A stretch of DNA of 64,000 nucleotides from Squalus acanthias (lineage: Eukaryota): positions 12,836,001 to 12,900,000 of the forward strand of contig CM059433.1 in the NCBI GenBank assembly GCA_030390025.1. The letters are read 5' to 3'. Numbering within the stretch: the first letter of the stretch is position 1; each line of letters begins with the position of its first letter. Below, piece after piece: positions 51,922 to 62,400 of the stretch. Made by a program: the position numbers and the translations under genes. The notes under the pieces are model-generated. The model worked only from the letters and a program-made list of their open reading frames with translations. It searched no databases and was not told the DNA's origin.

Positions 51922-52875
51922 GTTAAATTTAAAATGAGACAGAGCTTCCTTTCTATCTCAATGTTAGCCTGCTGTGTGTGGTCTCCTGCCACTGGTTCTT
52001 CATCATTGTCTTCTTCATTCTGCTGCCCCCATCTTTTCTTCCTGCCCCTTCTCTTTACTGTTGCCCCTTCTCTTGCTACCGCCTCGCAGTGTTTTTCTTT
52101 TCACTGTTTTTGTTGGCTTTAGATCAGCATTTTACCATCAGGAGGAATTCCCCTTTCAGTGGTAATAATGCAAGTTTTAAAGACATTTATGAAAATGCTT
52201 AGACTTCCTTGCCAGTCTATGCACTGGACCTTTGCGTTGTGACTGTTTATACCACGAGGAAAATATAGTCCATAATGTGAGAAAAATAAGAGCAGGGGGG
52301 GGGAGGGGAGTCAGAAAAAGAGCGTGAGGGAGAGGAATGACCTTTCTTGCTGGGAGGGAGCATAAAAAGATAAGTTTTATGTAAATGAGGAATGCTACCC
52401 GCGGGCATAAAGGGAAAGGGTATGGTGGGTGAGGAATGGCCCCTCTTCTGAAATGGCGCAGAAAAGGTTTGAGGGAATTGTCTCCTGCTGTGGATAGAGA
52501 GTAGCCTTCAAGATATTGCGGGGGAAGAATATCTTCCTTTGCTGGGAGATTGCAAAAGTACAATTTGTTTCGCTTTCCATTGGATTCTACATCGAAAATA
52601 ACAATTTTAATTGTTTGCTTCTAGCTGGGCTTATGTCTGTTCGTATGAGACTGAACCGGTTATCTAAACTGAGGCCAGCTCTGATTTCCTTAAGTAACAT
52701 TTGTACAATTAAACCCAGTCAGTTAGCCTTTTTCGAGATTCCCCTGTCCTTAAGGTCTTTCAAGATGCCACCTCCAGTTTATATTTGGTTTTCAAGAAGA
52801 CAAGATGTAAGCTGACACAGCACGTGCTGAGCTGCTTACAGTTTTGTATTCTGTCGAGCAACTAATTGGTACGTT

Positions 52876-53590
52876 GGGCTAGAGATTTGTTTTGGACCGC
52901 TTTTGGGTGCAGAACAGTTGGCGCGCTGGACACGCACACCAGAGGGTCGACCGAAATTGGGCCTCAGGCCTCCTTAGATATTTCCAGTGAACTGTAGATG
53001 CCAATTGGACATCCAGAGGCAGCTCGCTGGTTTGAAGGGGACCTATTTGGGCCGGCTGCCTTGTCCGGCAGCAGCCCCTGAGGTATGTTCTGGCGGGAGG
53101 GTCGGGGTGCGGGGGGGGGGTGGTGGGGGAAGAGAAAGGAGAAGTGGAGGGTGCGGGGGTGGGGGGAGAGGGCAGGCTAGCACAGATCGGCAGTGGCCGC
53201 CAGTAGTGTTGTGCACCCAGAAGGAGCGCTCCTGCTCCCTCTGCTCCACATAAAGGCAAGTTTAAAAGAAAATACCTTTTTTGGTGGTGGTTTCCAGCGG
53301 TCCTTTTAAGGACCACGGGTTAGGCCACTGAAAAAAACCCCAAACCCTGAGTGAAGCATGCCCCACACTTGCTCAGTCCTATCGAATCTACGGGAGAGTT
53401 CCTGAAACAGGCATTAATTAGGCCCCTCATTAGCCTGTTTTAGATGGCTGCCAGCGATGCCTGAATATCGCCTGTCTCGATAAGGCACAGACATATTTCA
53501 GGTGCCCTTAGGTGGGGGGAGACAGCATCGGGAAATTGGTACATTTTACCTCCGTTTTGCGCCCAATAAACGGGTCAATTTCCCACCACC
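52876..53590 (-). mobile_element. Harbinger-type MITE with internal G-rich tract
   Basis: Reverse-complement similarity to 4028-4584; ends approximate. Confidence 0.55.
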
Positions 53591-53751
53591 ACCACCCCGT
53601 TTTTTATATGTAATTTAGCATTAGTAATTTATAAAAAGCAATTCTGTGATGCAGTCCTCGATATTTCCCTCTGTGCGTTATGTTTAATTTATTAGTAAGC
53701 ATGTTGATGAAATTACTAAAACTCATGCACAGTGGAAAATATTGGCAAGTA

Positions 53752-54176
53752 CAGGAAACTTTCGTTTATCCGGCATCGACGGGACCGGCGTGGTGCCGGT
53801 TTATCGAAAGTACTGGATAACGGAGAGTTATATCTACCGAGGCTATTTTTAACAAAGAGACTCCAGGCAGCGCGGGAGAATCAACTCCTGCTACTGCAGT
53901 GTTTCGGACTTCCGACAGCGCCAGGAGGCCGAGTAGTGGCACTTTTGAAAAGTACCCCAACTGACTAAATCGGCGTTCGCGGACTCGGACTCGGACTCGG
54001 GATCGGCAACATTGCCGGTTATTTGAGAGGAGTTTTCGGAGCACTCGGCGTTCGCGGAGACTCGACTGCGACTCGGCAACATTGCCGGTTATTTGAGAGG
54101 AGTTTTCGGAGGATGATTTTTGCCGGTTAAGCGAGAATTCCGGATATTTGGGTGCCGGATAAACGAAAGTTTCCTG
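53752..54176. mobile_element. Tc1/mariner (Tigger/pogo-like) MITE, 425 bp
   Basis: Perfect 24-bp TIR CAGGAAACTTTCGTTTATCCGGCA; TA TSD; internal ~70-bp tandem duplication. Confidence 0.9.
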
Positions 54177-54304
54177 TACATGTATATATAAAAATGTAAC
54201 ACCTGTTCGGGAATTTGCCACAAGGCTGTAACATTTGATGTTTTTAACACAATACGTCGTTGTGTAATGCCTGAAAATATTGACAGAGAACACCTAATAG
54301 GTTT

Positions 54305-54407
54305 AACATAAAAACAGAAAATGCTGGAAATGCTCAGCAGGTCAGGCAGCACCTGTAGAGCGAGAAACAGAGTTAACGTTTCTGGTCGATGACCCTTCGT
54401 CAGAACT
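54305..54407 (-). mobile_element. 103-bp Penelope family-1 HHR mini-insertion
   Basis: 10-bp TSD TAATAGGTTT; HHR at 54371-54407 with a G-A mismatch at the base of stem II. Confidence 0.88.
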
Positions 54408-54457
54408 TAATAGGTTTGTCTGAAATCTCTCTCTCTCTCTCTCTCCACCAATTTATA

Positions 54458-54662
54458 TGATGTAGAGATGCCGGTGTTGGACTGGGGTGGACAAATGTGA
54501 GAAGTCGCACAACACCAGGTTATAGTCCAACAGCCTTATTTGAAATCACAAGCTTTCGGAGCGCTGCTCCTTCGACTTCACCTGACGAAGGAGCAGCGCT
54601 CCGAAAGCTTGTGATTTCAAATAAAGCTGTTGGACTATAACCTGGTGTTGTGCGACTTCTCA
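54458..54662. mobile_element. Inverted (palindromic) Penelope family-2 pLTR insertion
   Basis: 12-bp TSD CACCAATTTATA (54446-54457 / 54663-54674); arms 54496-54574 and 54586-54664. Confidence 0.88.
54578..54614 (+). ncRNA. Minimal hammerhead ribozyme (sense to MYT1L)
   Basis: TCAC-CTGACGA-A-GGAGC-AGC-GCTCC-GAAA-GCTT-GTGA. Confidence 0.8.
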
Positions 54663-54905
54663 CACCAATTTATAGGAAGTCCTTCACTTGTTTAAAATAA
54701 ATGGGTTAAAGTCCTCACCAAGGTACTGGAGAGAGGAGTTTTTTTTAGCTGAAAATATTAAGTGTTCAGACATTAGTATCGCAGAATGCAATTTCATGGC
54801 CTTTATTTTTTTTTTTAAAAAGAAACAACACAAAATCTTGCTGCTGACATTTGGTTAATGGAATAATTAGTGGTCATGTGTTCCCTTTATTGCTTGTTGT
54901 TACAG

Positions 54906-55156
54906 CAAAGCATTTTTGCAAGAACTCCAGTTCAGCCAGCAGCACGACGAGCAGCTATGCGCCCAGCAGCAGCAGCAGCAGCATCAGCTGTGGCGGAGGG
55001 AGCAGTGCCAGCAGCACCTCGAGCAAGAGCAGCTTCGACTACACGCACGACATGGAGGCAGCACATATGGCAGCCACCGCCATTCTGAATTTGTCCACCA
55101 GGTGCCGAGAGATGCCGCAGAACCTCTCGACCAAGCCTCAGGATCTCTGTGCTAGA
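54906..55156 (+). CDS. MYT1L: MYT1L next coding exon
   Basis: Encodes [84 protein letters not shown]. Acceptor ttacAG at 54904-54905; donor GTAAGT at 55157. The phase-1 junction G|CA (Ala) joins the previous exon in frame. Confidence 0.93.
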
Positions 55157-55514
55157 GTAAGTGCCGTCCCTTTCAAAGGCCCCTTTTCTCAGCGTCAGTG
55201 GCATGTCCGTGGCTCCATCGTCCGTGCCGATACGCGCGTGCTTGTATACAGGCCTAAGCACAAAGAAAAGCCACTTCTCAACATATGATGCAGTGGCTTC
55301 ATTGAACGGAAGGACAAGCAGTCTGGCTTTAGTGTGAATATTGCATTTGATCCTGTGTTCTGTGAATCTGGGGTTTTAACAGGGATTTCAACAAAATTAT
55401 TCTTGGGGGGGATAAGAATAGATAAAAGCAGTTTTCACTCATGTCCTTATGGTTCAGTCATGCCTGTCCTTTTTTTGAAGAGTGGAGCAATGGATAATTC
55501 CAATTTGGGAAATA

Positions 55515-56211
55515 GGGGGAAAAATTGGGTTGCTTTGCGCCTCCCGTTAGCGCCCTAAGCAAAGCAACTAGCGCCTGGGCGCAGCGCCACCCACGCCTCC
55601 CGCGAAATTCAGCGGCAGGTTAGCGGCGGCGCTAACCGGTAGCGCCCCACGGCGCTGCGCCGCCGGTGATGACATCATCACCGTGCGCAGCGCCCCACTC
55701 GCGTCCCGGCTGCGATCTTCAGGAGCGCCCCCCCCTGACTTACCGCCGGACGCTATGTCCGACGGGGTCAGGGGGGCCTACCTGTGGCCGAGGAGGCGCA
55801 ATTTCAATTTTTGTTGCTGGCCGCCTGCCATCACCTGCCTGCGCTCCCGTCCCCGGCCACCTGAACGGCCCCCCGCCATGGCGTGCCGGCTGCACTCCAT
55901 GAGCCCGGCACTTCTCTTGAGTGCCGGGCTCTTTTGCCGGCACTCTTGATCCCCGGTGGCCCAGCTGGGCCCCGGGTCGCGCTGCGCAAGGCCCCTCCCC
56001 TTTAAGAAGGGGAGGAAGGCCTGCAATACCGCGGCATGTAGCGCCACGATATTGACTCGCAGCGCCCCAAGAGGGATGCGGGGCGCTTCCAGTAGCACCC
56101 CGCTTCCCTCTTGGGGCGCAGCCACTCCATTTCTGGCGCAGGGGGCGCTAATTTTTCCGGGGCGCCAAAAGTAGCGCCCCAGCGAAGTTGGCGCTACTCA
56201 ATTTTTAGCCC
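55515..56211 (-). mobile_element. GC-rich Harbinger-type MITE (7740 family), inverted
   Basis: TIRs GGGGGAAAAATTG...CAATTTTTAGCCC; TSD ATA. Confidence 0.85.
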
Positions 56212-57129
56212 ATAAATTTTAATATTTTTGCTCATCGGGGTGAGGAATGTCAGTGCTGGGAATCTAAGGGCACAACTGTACTGCCACTTTCGCATTGCAT
56301 TCGCATGTAGAGTGGGGCCCCGACTTCACCGCGCTGTCTCCTGCCACACGGGCGTAACACCGCATAGAGTATGACTATAGTGTGGTGTCAAGTTCAGTTT
56401 AAACAACGTTCAGAACTTCCGGGTGCTTTATAAACTTAAGCACTCTCAAAACCTTTAAAATTTACGAGGTGGGGAAATGGTGCTCCGCGTGTGCCGGTAA
56501 GCAGAACGGCCTCTCCTAACGCAACAGTCAGATTTACAGCCAGGCAGTATAAATAATGTGGTGCCAGCTATGATTCAGTACTGCAGCTAATGACCTGTGA
56601 TCGGTAGCTACAGCTATAACCACAGCCGAACACTTTTCCATTTTTGTGCTTAGAGTCGGCATTAAGCTCTCCGAGATGCCTTAACCCCTGACCTCAAGAA
56701 GCGCTCCTTTTGCGCCAGTGTGATTTTTATTCCATTTCTTACTCAAACCATTCTTCTGACCTTGCTGACAGCTAATTCGTGTGATGGGCTCACACCCATT
56801 GGGTACTGGGTTGAGACTGACCAAAGTAATTTTTCACAGGGCCTTTATTAAAGCATCAGAGAGAGACTTTTATTTTATTCTCGCAGTTCTAGGAGAGATT
56901 GGGCAGTCAGCACTGCGCTATGCAGTCTGCCTGAAACCCTATTTTTAAATAATCCTTCACTAGCATTCCTGCACTTAATTACTTCAAATAAGTTTTTTCC
57001 TTTTCATTTCTGCGAATCCCATTATCTCAGTAATGTGTTTTGGGCCTCTCTTTCAGCTGCACTAAAATTGAGGATTGAGGCCTAGTTGATTATAAGAAAA
57101 AATAAGCTGAAATATAAAGCGCAGCTCAT

Positions 57130-58670
57130 ACAGGAACATAGGAACTGGAGTAAGCCATTCAGCCCCTCGAGCCTGCTCTGCCATTCAATTAGATCATGGC
57201 TGATCCATTTACCCGCCTTTGCTCTATCGTAAGAAAACTACTAGGCACTTGGTCTAAGCATTAAACAAAGCTTTAATCAACTGTTTTACAACATGGAGGT
57301 CTAGTTGTGTCCTTCACTAGTTCCGGTTAAGAATGTCCTGCGCAAGCTGGGCCCGTGCCCGAGTATTTATACTCTCCCTGGACAGCGCCACCCGCAGGCC
57401 ACTCAGTATTATTTCATAAGTCATGAATGACAGATTCATGTCAAGCTCCATATCCCTTGATACCCTTACCTAACAAAAATCTAGCGATCTCAGCCTTGAA
57501 AGCTCCAATTGTCCCACCCTTTTGGGGCAGAGAATCCCAGATTTCTACTCCCCTTTGTGTGTAGACACAAAAGGCATCAAGGGGTATGGGGAGAGAGCGG
57601 GAATATGGTATTGAGATAGAGGATCAGCCATGATCATATTGAATGGCGGAGCAGGCTCGAAGGGCCGAATGGCCTACTCCTGCTCCTATTTCTCTATGTT
57701 TCTATGTGCGTCCTGATTTCCCTCCTAAATGGCCTGGCTTTAATTTTAAGATTATGTTCTCTTGTTCTTGATTCCCCCACCAGAGGAAATACTTTCTCTG
57801 TATCTACCCTATCGAAACATTTAAACATCTTAAGCACTTAGATCAGATCACCCCCTCAGTCTCCTATACACAAGGGAATACAAGCCAAGTTTATGCAAGA
57901 TGACCTCGTAATTTAACTCTCTAAGTCCCGGTATCATTCTGGCAAATCTGCGCTCCAAGGCCAATATATCATTCCTGAGCTGCAGTGCCCAGAACTGATT
58001 CAGTTTTCCAGATGGAACCTAACCAAGAATCTATGCAACTGAGCATCATTTCCTCTCCTTTGTAATCCAGCCCCCTTGAGATAAAGGCCAACATTCATTA
58101 GACATTTTGATTGCTTTTTGTACCTGTCGACCAGCTTTAAATGATTTGTGCACTTGGACTCCCAAATCTCTTTGCTCTGCTACAGCTCCTAGTTGCTCAC
58201 CATTTAGAAATACTCTGATTTATCTTTCTTCAGTCCAAAGTGGATGTCTTCACACTTGCCAACATTAAACTCCATCTGCCATAGTTTTGCCCACTCATCT
58301 CGTCTGTCTATGTCCTTTTGCAACTCCCTGCTCCCATCTACATTATTTACTGTCCCCTCCTAATTTAGTGGCATTTGCAAGCTTGAAAGTACAACTCTCT
58401 ATTCCTTCATCCAAGTCATTAATAAATATGGTGAAAAGTTGAGACCCCAGAACAGATCACTGGGGAACACCACTTGTCACACCTTGTATCTGAGTATACA
58501 CCAATTATCCACATCCTCCCAACCAATTTCCAATCCAACTCAAAAGAATACCTCCAATTCCGTGCACTCTCAGTTTTTGCTAATAATCTTTCATGTGGAA
58601 CTTTATCGAATGCCTTCTGGAAGTCCATACTGATAACAGCCACAGGCACTCCCTTGTCTATTTCATGAGT
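57130..58670 (-). mobile_element. Degenerate CR1 with nested inserts (57225-57444 LTR-like; ~57562-57706 + strand CR1 tail)
   Basis: DFQKAFDKVPHERLL and CR1 3' UTR. Confidence 0.8.
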
Positions 58671-59486
58671 GACATTAGGATGAAAGAGATTTGTAGTTTC
58701 CCATAAAAATAAACTGCCAATCAATGGGCATAGTGTCGCAAGCCTGAAGGCCGAATGAATATTCTAGTCTTGACTTAGTTAATTTTTAATACCATTCAAA
58801 AAATGTTTTTTCTATCTTATTTTTGGTATTATTATTATTATCCTCAATTTTCTGATTGGTTTCCCCCAAAAGATGGGTGTAATTTGGGTAAAACCACCTG
58901 GAAATCAGGTTAGAAAACCATCCTGCCAGTTCTCTGCCCATTTAGTTTTCCACGTTGGTTTCCTTCTGGCACCGTGATACCCACCTGTTTAAGGGTCTGC
59001 GTAAGTTAATAAGGCTTCAATGATTTTTTTTTCACAACCTTCATACAATTTCATTGCGTTCCTGCTGGGCGAACATTTAATTAACACAGCCATGCCAAAT
59101 GGGTATCCACAATAGCTAGGGGCTGTTGAAGGATTATTGCTGAAGAGCCCTTCCTGGAGACTACAAGGACAATTTACACCCCATTCGTTTTTTATTTTCT
59201 CTTTTCTTTGTTTCTCTTGTTTTTGCTTAAATTCGGATACCTTTATAGCAATTGCTGGGCAGCTGACATTTTTTCTCCAAACCTCGTTATTATTACCAGA
59301 ATAGGAATTCCCAATTACTTGGTGTTTTTTTTGGATGGAAAAGGCAAGAATCAGTGGAGGGGTGCAAGGCTGCACCACAGGTGCTCGACTTCAACTCACT
59401 AGTCTCACTCAACCTGCATTGACAGCACAAGGTGTGCCTACCTATAACTGTCAAAGGCACAGGTTGAGATTCGCAAGAGAGACTAT

Positions 59487-60017
59487 AAACATAGAACCAT
59501 AGAAGATAGGAGTAGGAGTAGGCCATTCGGCCCCTCGAGCCTGCTCCGCCATTCGATGAGATCATGGCTGATCATCCAAACTCAGTACCCTGTACCTGCC
59601 TTCTCCCCATATCCCTTGATACCTTTAGCTTTAAGAAATATATCTAACTCATTCTTGAATATATTTAATGACTTGGCCTCAACTACCTTCTGTGGTAGAG
59701 AATTCCACAGGTTCTCCACTCTCTGGGTGAAGAAATTCTTCCTCATTTCTGTCCTAAATGGCTTACCCCTTATCCTTAGATTATGACCCCTGGTTCTGGA
59801 CTCTCCGACCATCGGGAACATTCTTCCTGCATCTAGTTTGTCCAGACCTGTCAGAATTTTATATGTTTCGATGAGATCCCCTCTCATTCTTCTATACTTC
59901 AGCGAGTATAAGCCCAATCGACCCAATCTCTCTTCATATGTCATTCCTGCCATCCCAGGTATCAGCCTTGTGATTCTTCGCTGAACTCCTTCCATGGCAA
60001 GAACATCCTTCCTCAGA
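59487..60017 (-). mobile_element. CR1 3' fragment
   Basis: LRKDVLAMEGVQRR...RKNFFTQRV; (CATAGAA)n tail. Confidence 0.92.
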
Positions 60018-60336
60018 CATTCTACAAAGCGATCTTCAACCAAGGTTGTCCACACACGCAGCACTATAACGGCTGTGAGGATCACAACAGCCCTCTTAGG
60101 CCTCCAGATCGTTCAAAAGTGCCACTGATGACATCAGTGTTTGCTTCCATTGCGCTTCCCATTGATGACATTGCATGACGTACGTGCTCTCATATCAAGC
60201 TTAGCTTTTGCTTAATCTAGTGATTTCATCTCCTTCTCACAGGAACAAACAGCAGCAGCTTGACAGAGCTCACAAAGGTCAAAATGGTTATAGATTGCAC
60301 CCATATTGTCTGAGATGTTCCATTGCACATGCCATT

Positions 60337-62400
60337 ACATAGAAATATAGAAACATAGAAAATAGGTACAGGAGTAGACCATTCGGTCCTTCGAGCCTGC
60401 ACCGCCATTCAATGCGTTCATGGCTGAACATGCTACCTCAGTACCCCATTCCTGCTTTCTCGCCATACCCCTTGATCCCCTTAGTTGTGAGTGTTATATC
60501 TAACTCCCTTTTGAATATATTTAGCGAACTGGCCTCAACAACCTTCTGTGGAAGAGAATTCCATAGATTCACCACTCTCTGGGTGAAGAAGTTCCTCCTC
60601 AGCTCAGTCCTAAATGGCTTCCCCTTAATCCTTAGACTGTGACCCCTGGTTCTAGTTTTCCCTACCATTGGGAACATTCTGCCCGCATCTAATTTGTCTA
60701 AACCAGTCAGGATTTTAAATGTCTCTATAAGATCCCCCCTCATTCTTCTGAACTCCAGAGGATACAAGTTCAGTTGACCCAATCTTTCTTGATATGTCAG
60801 TCCGGCCATCCCAGGAATCAATCTAGTGAACCTTCGCTGCACTCCCTCAATAGCAAGAATGTCCTTCCTTAAGTTAGGAGACCAAAACTGCGCACAATAC
60901 TCCAGGTGTGGCCTCACCAAGGCCCTGTACAACTGTAGCATCACCTCCCTACTCCTGTACTCAAATCCCCTTGCTATGAAGGCCATCATTCCGTTTGCTT
61001 TCTTGACTGCCTGCTGCACTTGCATTCCCACCTTCAGTGACTGATGTACCATGACGCCCAGGTCTCGTTGCACGTCCCCTTTCCCTAATCTGCCACCATT
61101 CAGGTAATAGTCCGCCTCTCTATTTTTACCACCAAAGTGGATAACCTCACATTTATCCACATTGTACTTCATCTGCCATACATTTGCCCATTCACCCAAC
61201 CTGTCCAAGTCACTCTGTAGCCTCCTAGCATCCTCCTCATTGTTCACACTGCCTCCCAATTTAGTGTCATCCGCAAATTTGGAGATATTACATTTAATTC
61301 CTTCGTCCAAATCATTAATATATAATGTAAACAGCTGGGGTCCCAGCACCGAACCCTGCGGTACCCCGCTGGTCACTGCCTGCCATTCTGAAAAGTACCC
61401 ATTTACTCCTACTCTTTGTTTCCTGTGTGCCAACCAGTTCTCAATCCACGTCAACACATTACCCCCAATCCCATGTGCTTTAACTTTGCTCACCAATCTC
61501 TTGTGTGGGACCTTGTCGAAGGCCTTCTGAAAGTCCAAATACACCACATCCACTGGTTCCCCCCTGTCCACCCTATTGGAAACATCCTCAAAAAATTCCA
61601 GAAGATTTGTCAAGCATGATTTCCCTTTCAGAAATCCATGCTGACTTGGACCTATCATGTCGCCACTTTCCAAATGGTCTGTTATGACATCTTTAATAAT
61701 TGCTTCCATCATTTTACCCACGACCGATGTCAGGCTGACCGGTCTATAATTCCCTGCTTTCTCCCTCCCTCCTTTTTAAAAAGAGGGGTTACATTGGCCA
61801 CCCTCCACTCCATCGGAACTGATCCAGAGTCTAAGGAATGTTGGAAAATGATCGTCAATGCATCCACTATTTCCAAGGCCACCTCCTTAAGTACTCTGGG
61901 ATGCAGACCATCAGGCCCCGGGGATTTTTCAGCCTTCAGTCCCATCAATTTCCCCAATACCTTTTCCCGACTAATAAGGATTTCCCTCAGCTCCTCCCTC
62001 TTACCAGATCCTCTGACCCCTTTTATTTCCGGCAGGTTGTGTGTGTCCTCCACAGTAAACACCGAACCAAAGTACTTGTTCAATTGATCTGCCATTTCCT
62101 TGTTCCCCATTACGACTTCCCCTGTTTCCGACTGCAGGGGACCTACGTTTGTTTTTACTAACCTCTTTCTTTTTACATATTTATAGAAGCTTTTGCAGTC
62201 CATTTTAATGTTCTCTGCAAGCTTCCTTTCATATTTTATTTTCCCTGCCCTAATCAAACCCTTCGTCCTCCTCTGCTGAGTTTTGAAGTTCTCCCAGTCC
62301 CTGGGTTTGCTGCTACTTCTGGCCAATTTGTATGCAACTTCCTTGGTTTTAATACTATCCCTGATTTCCCTTGTTAGCCATGGTTGAGCCACCTTCCCTT
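60337..62400 (-). mobile_element. CR1, 5'-truncated, RT nearly intact (one frameshift ~61770)
   Basis: QPWLTREI...KFADDTK...RRNFFTQRV; (CATAGAAA)n tail. Confidence 0.93.

Larger units (their letters stand above)
49658..51925 (-). mobile_element. Penelope-like retroelement (Neptune-type), family 2, 5'-truncated
   Basis: 14-bp TSD AATTTAAAATGAGA (49644-49657 / 51926-51939); RT-GIY-YIG ORF; 3' pLTR with an HHR. Confidence 0.93.

Noticed and set aside
45246..54614. Heterodimer between the two sense-strand HHRs cutting the pre-mRNA
   Set aside because: Their stem III palindromes (AACGTT versus AAGCTT) are incompatible, and one is buried in a hairpin.
54851..55288. 145-aa standalone ORF
   Set aside because: Only 54906-55156 is exon; the flanks are intron read-through past clear splice sites.
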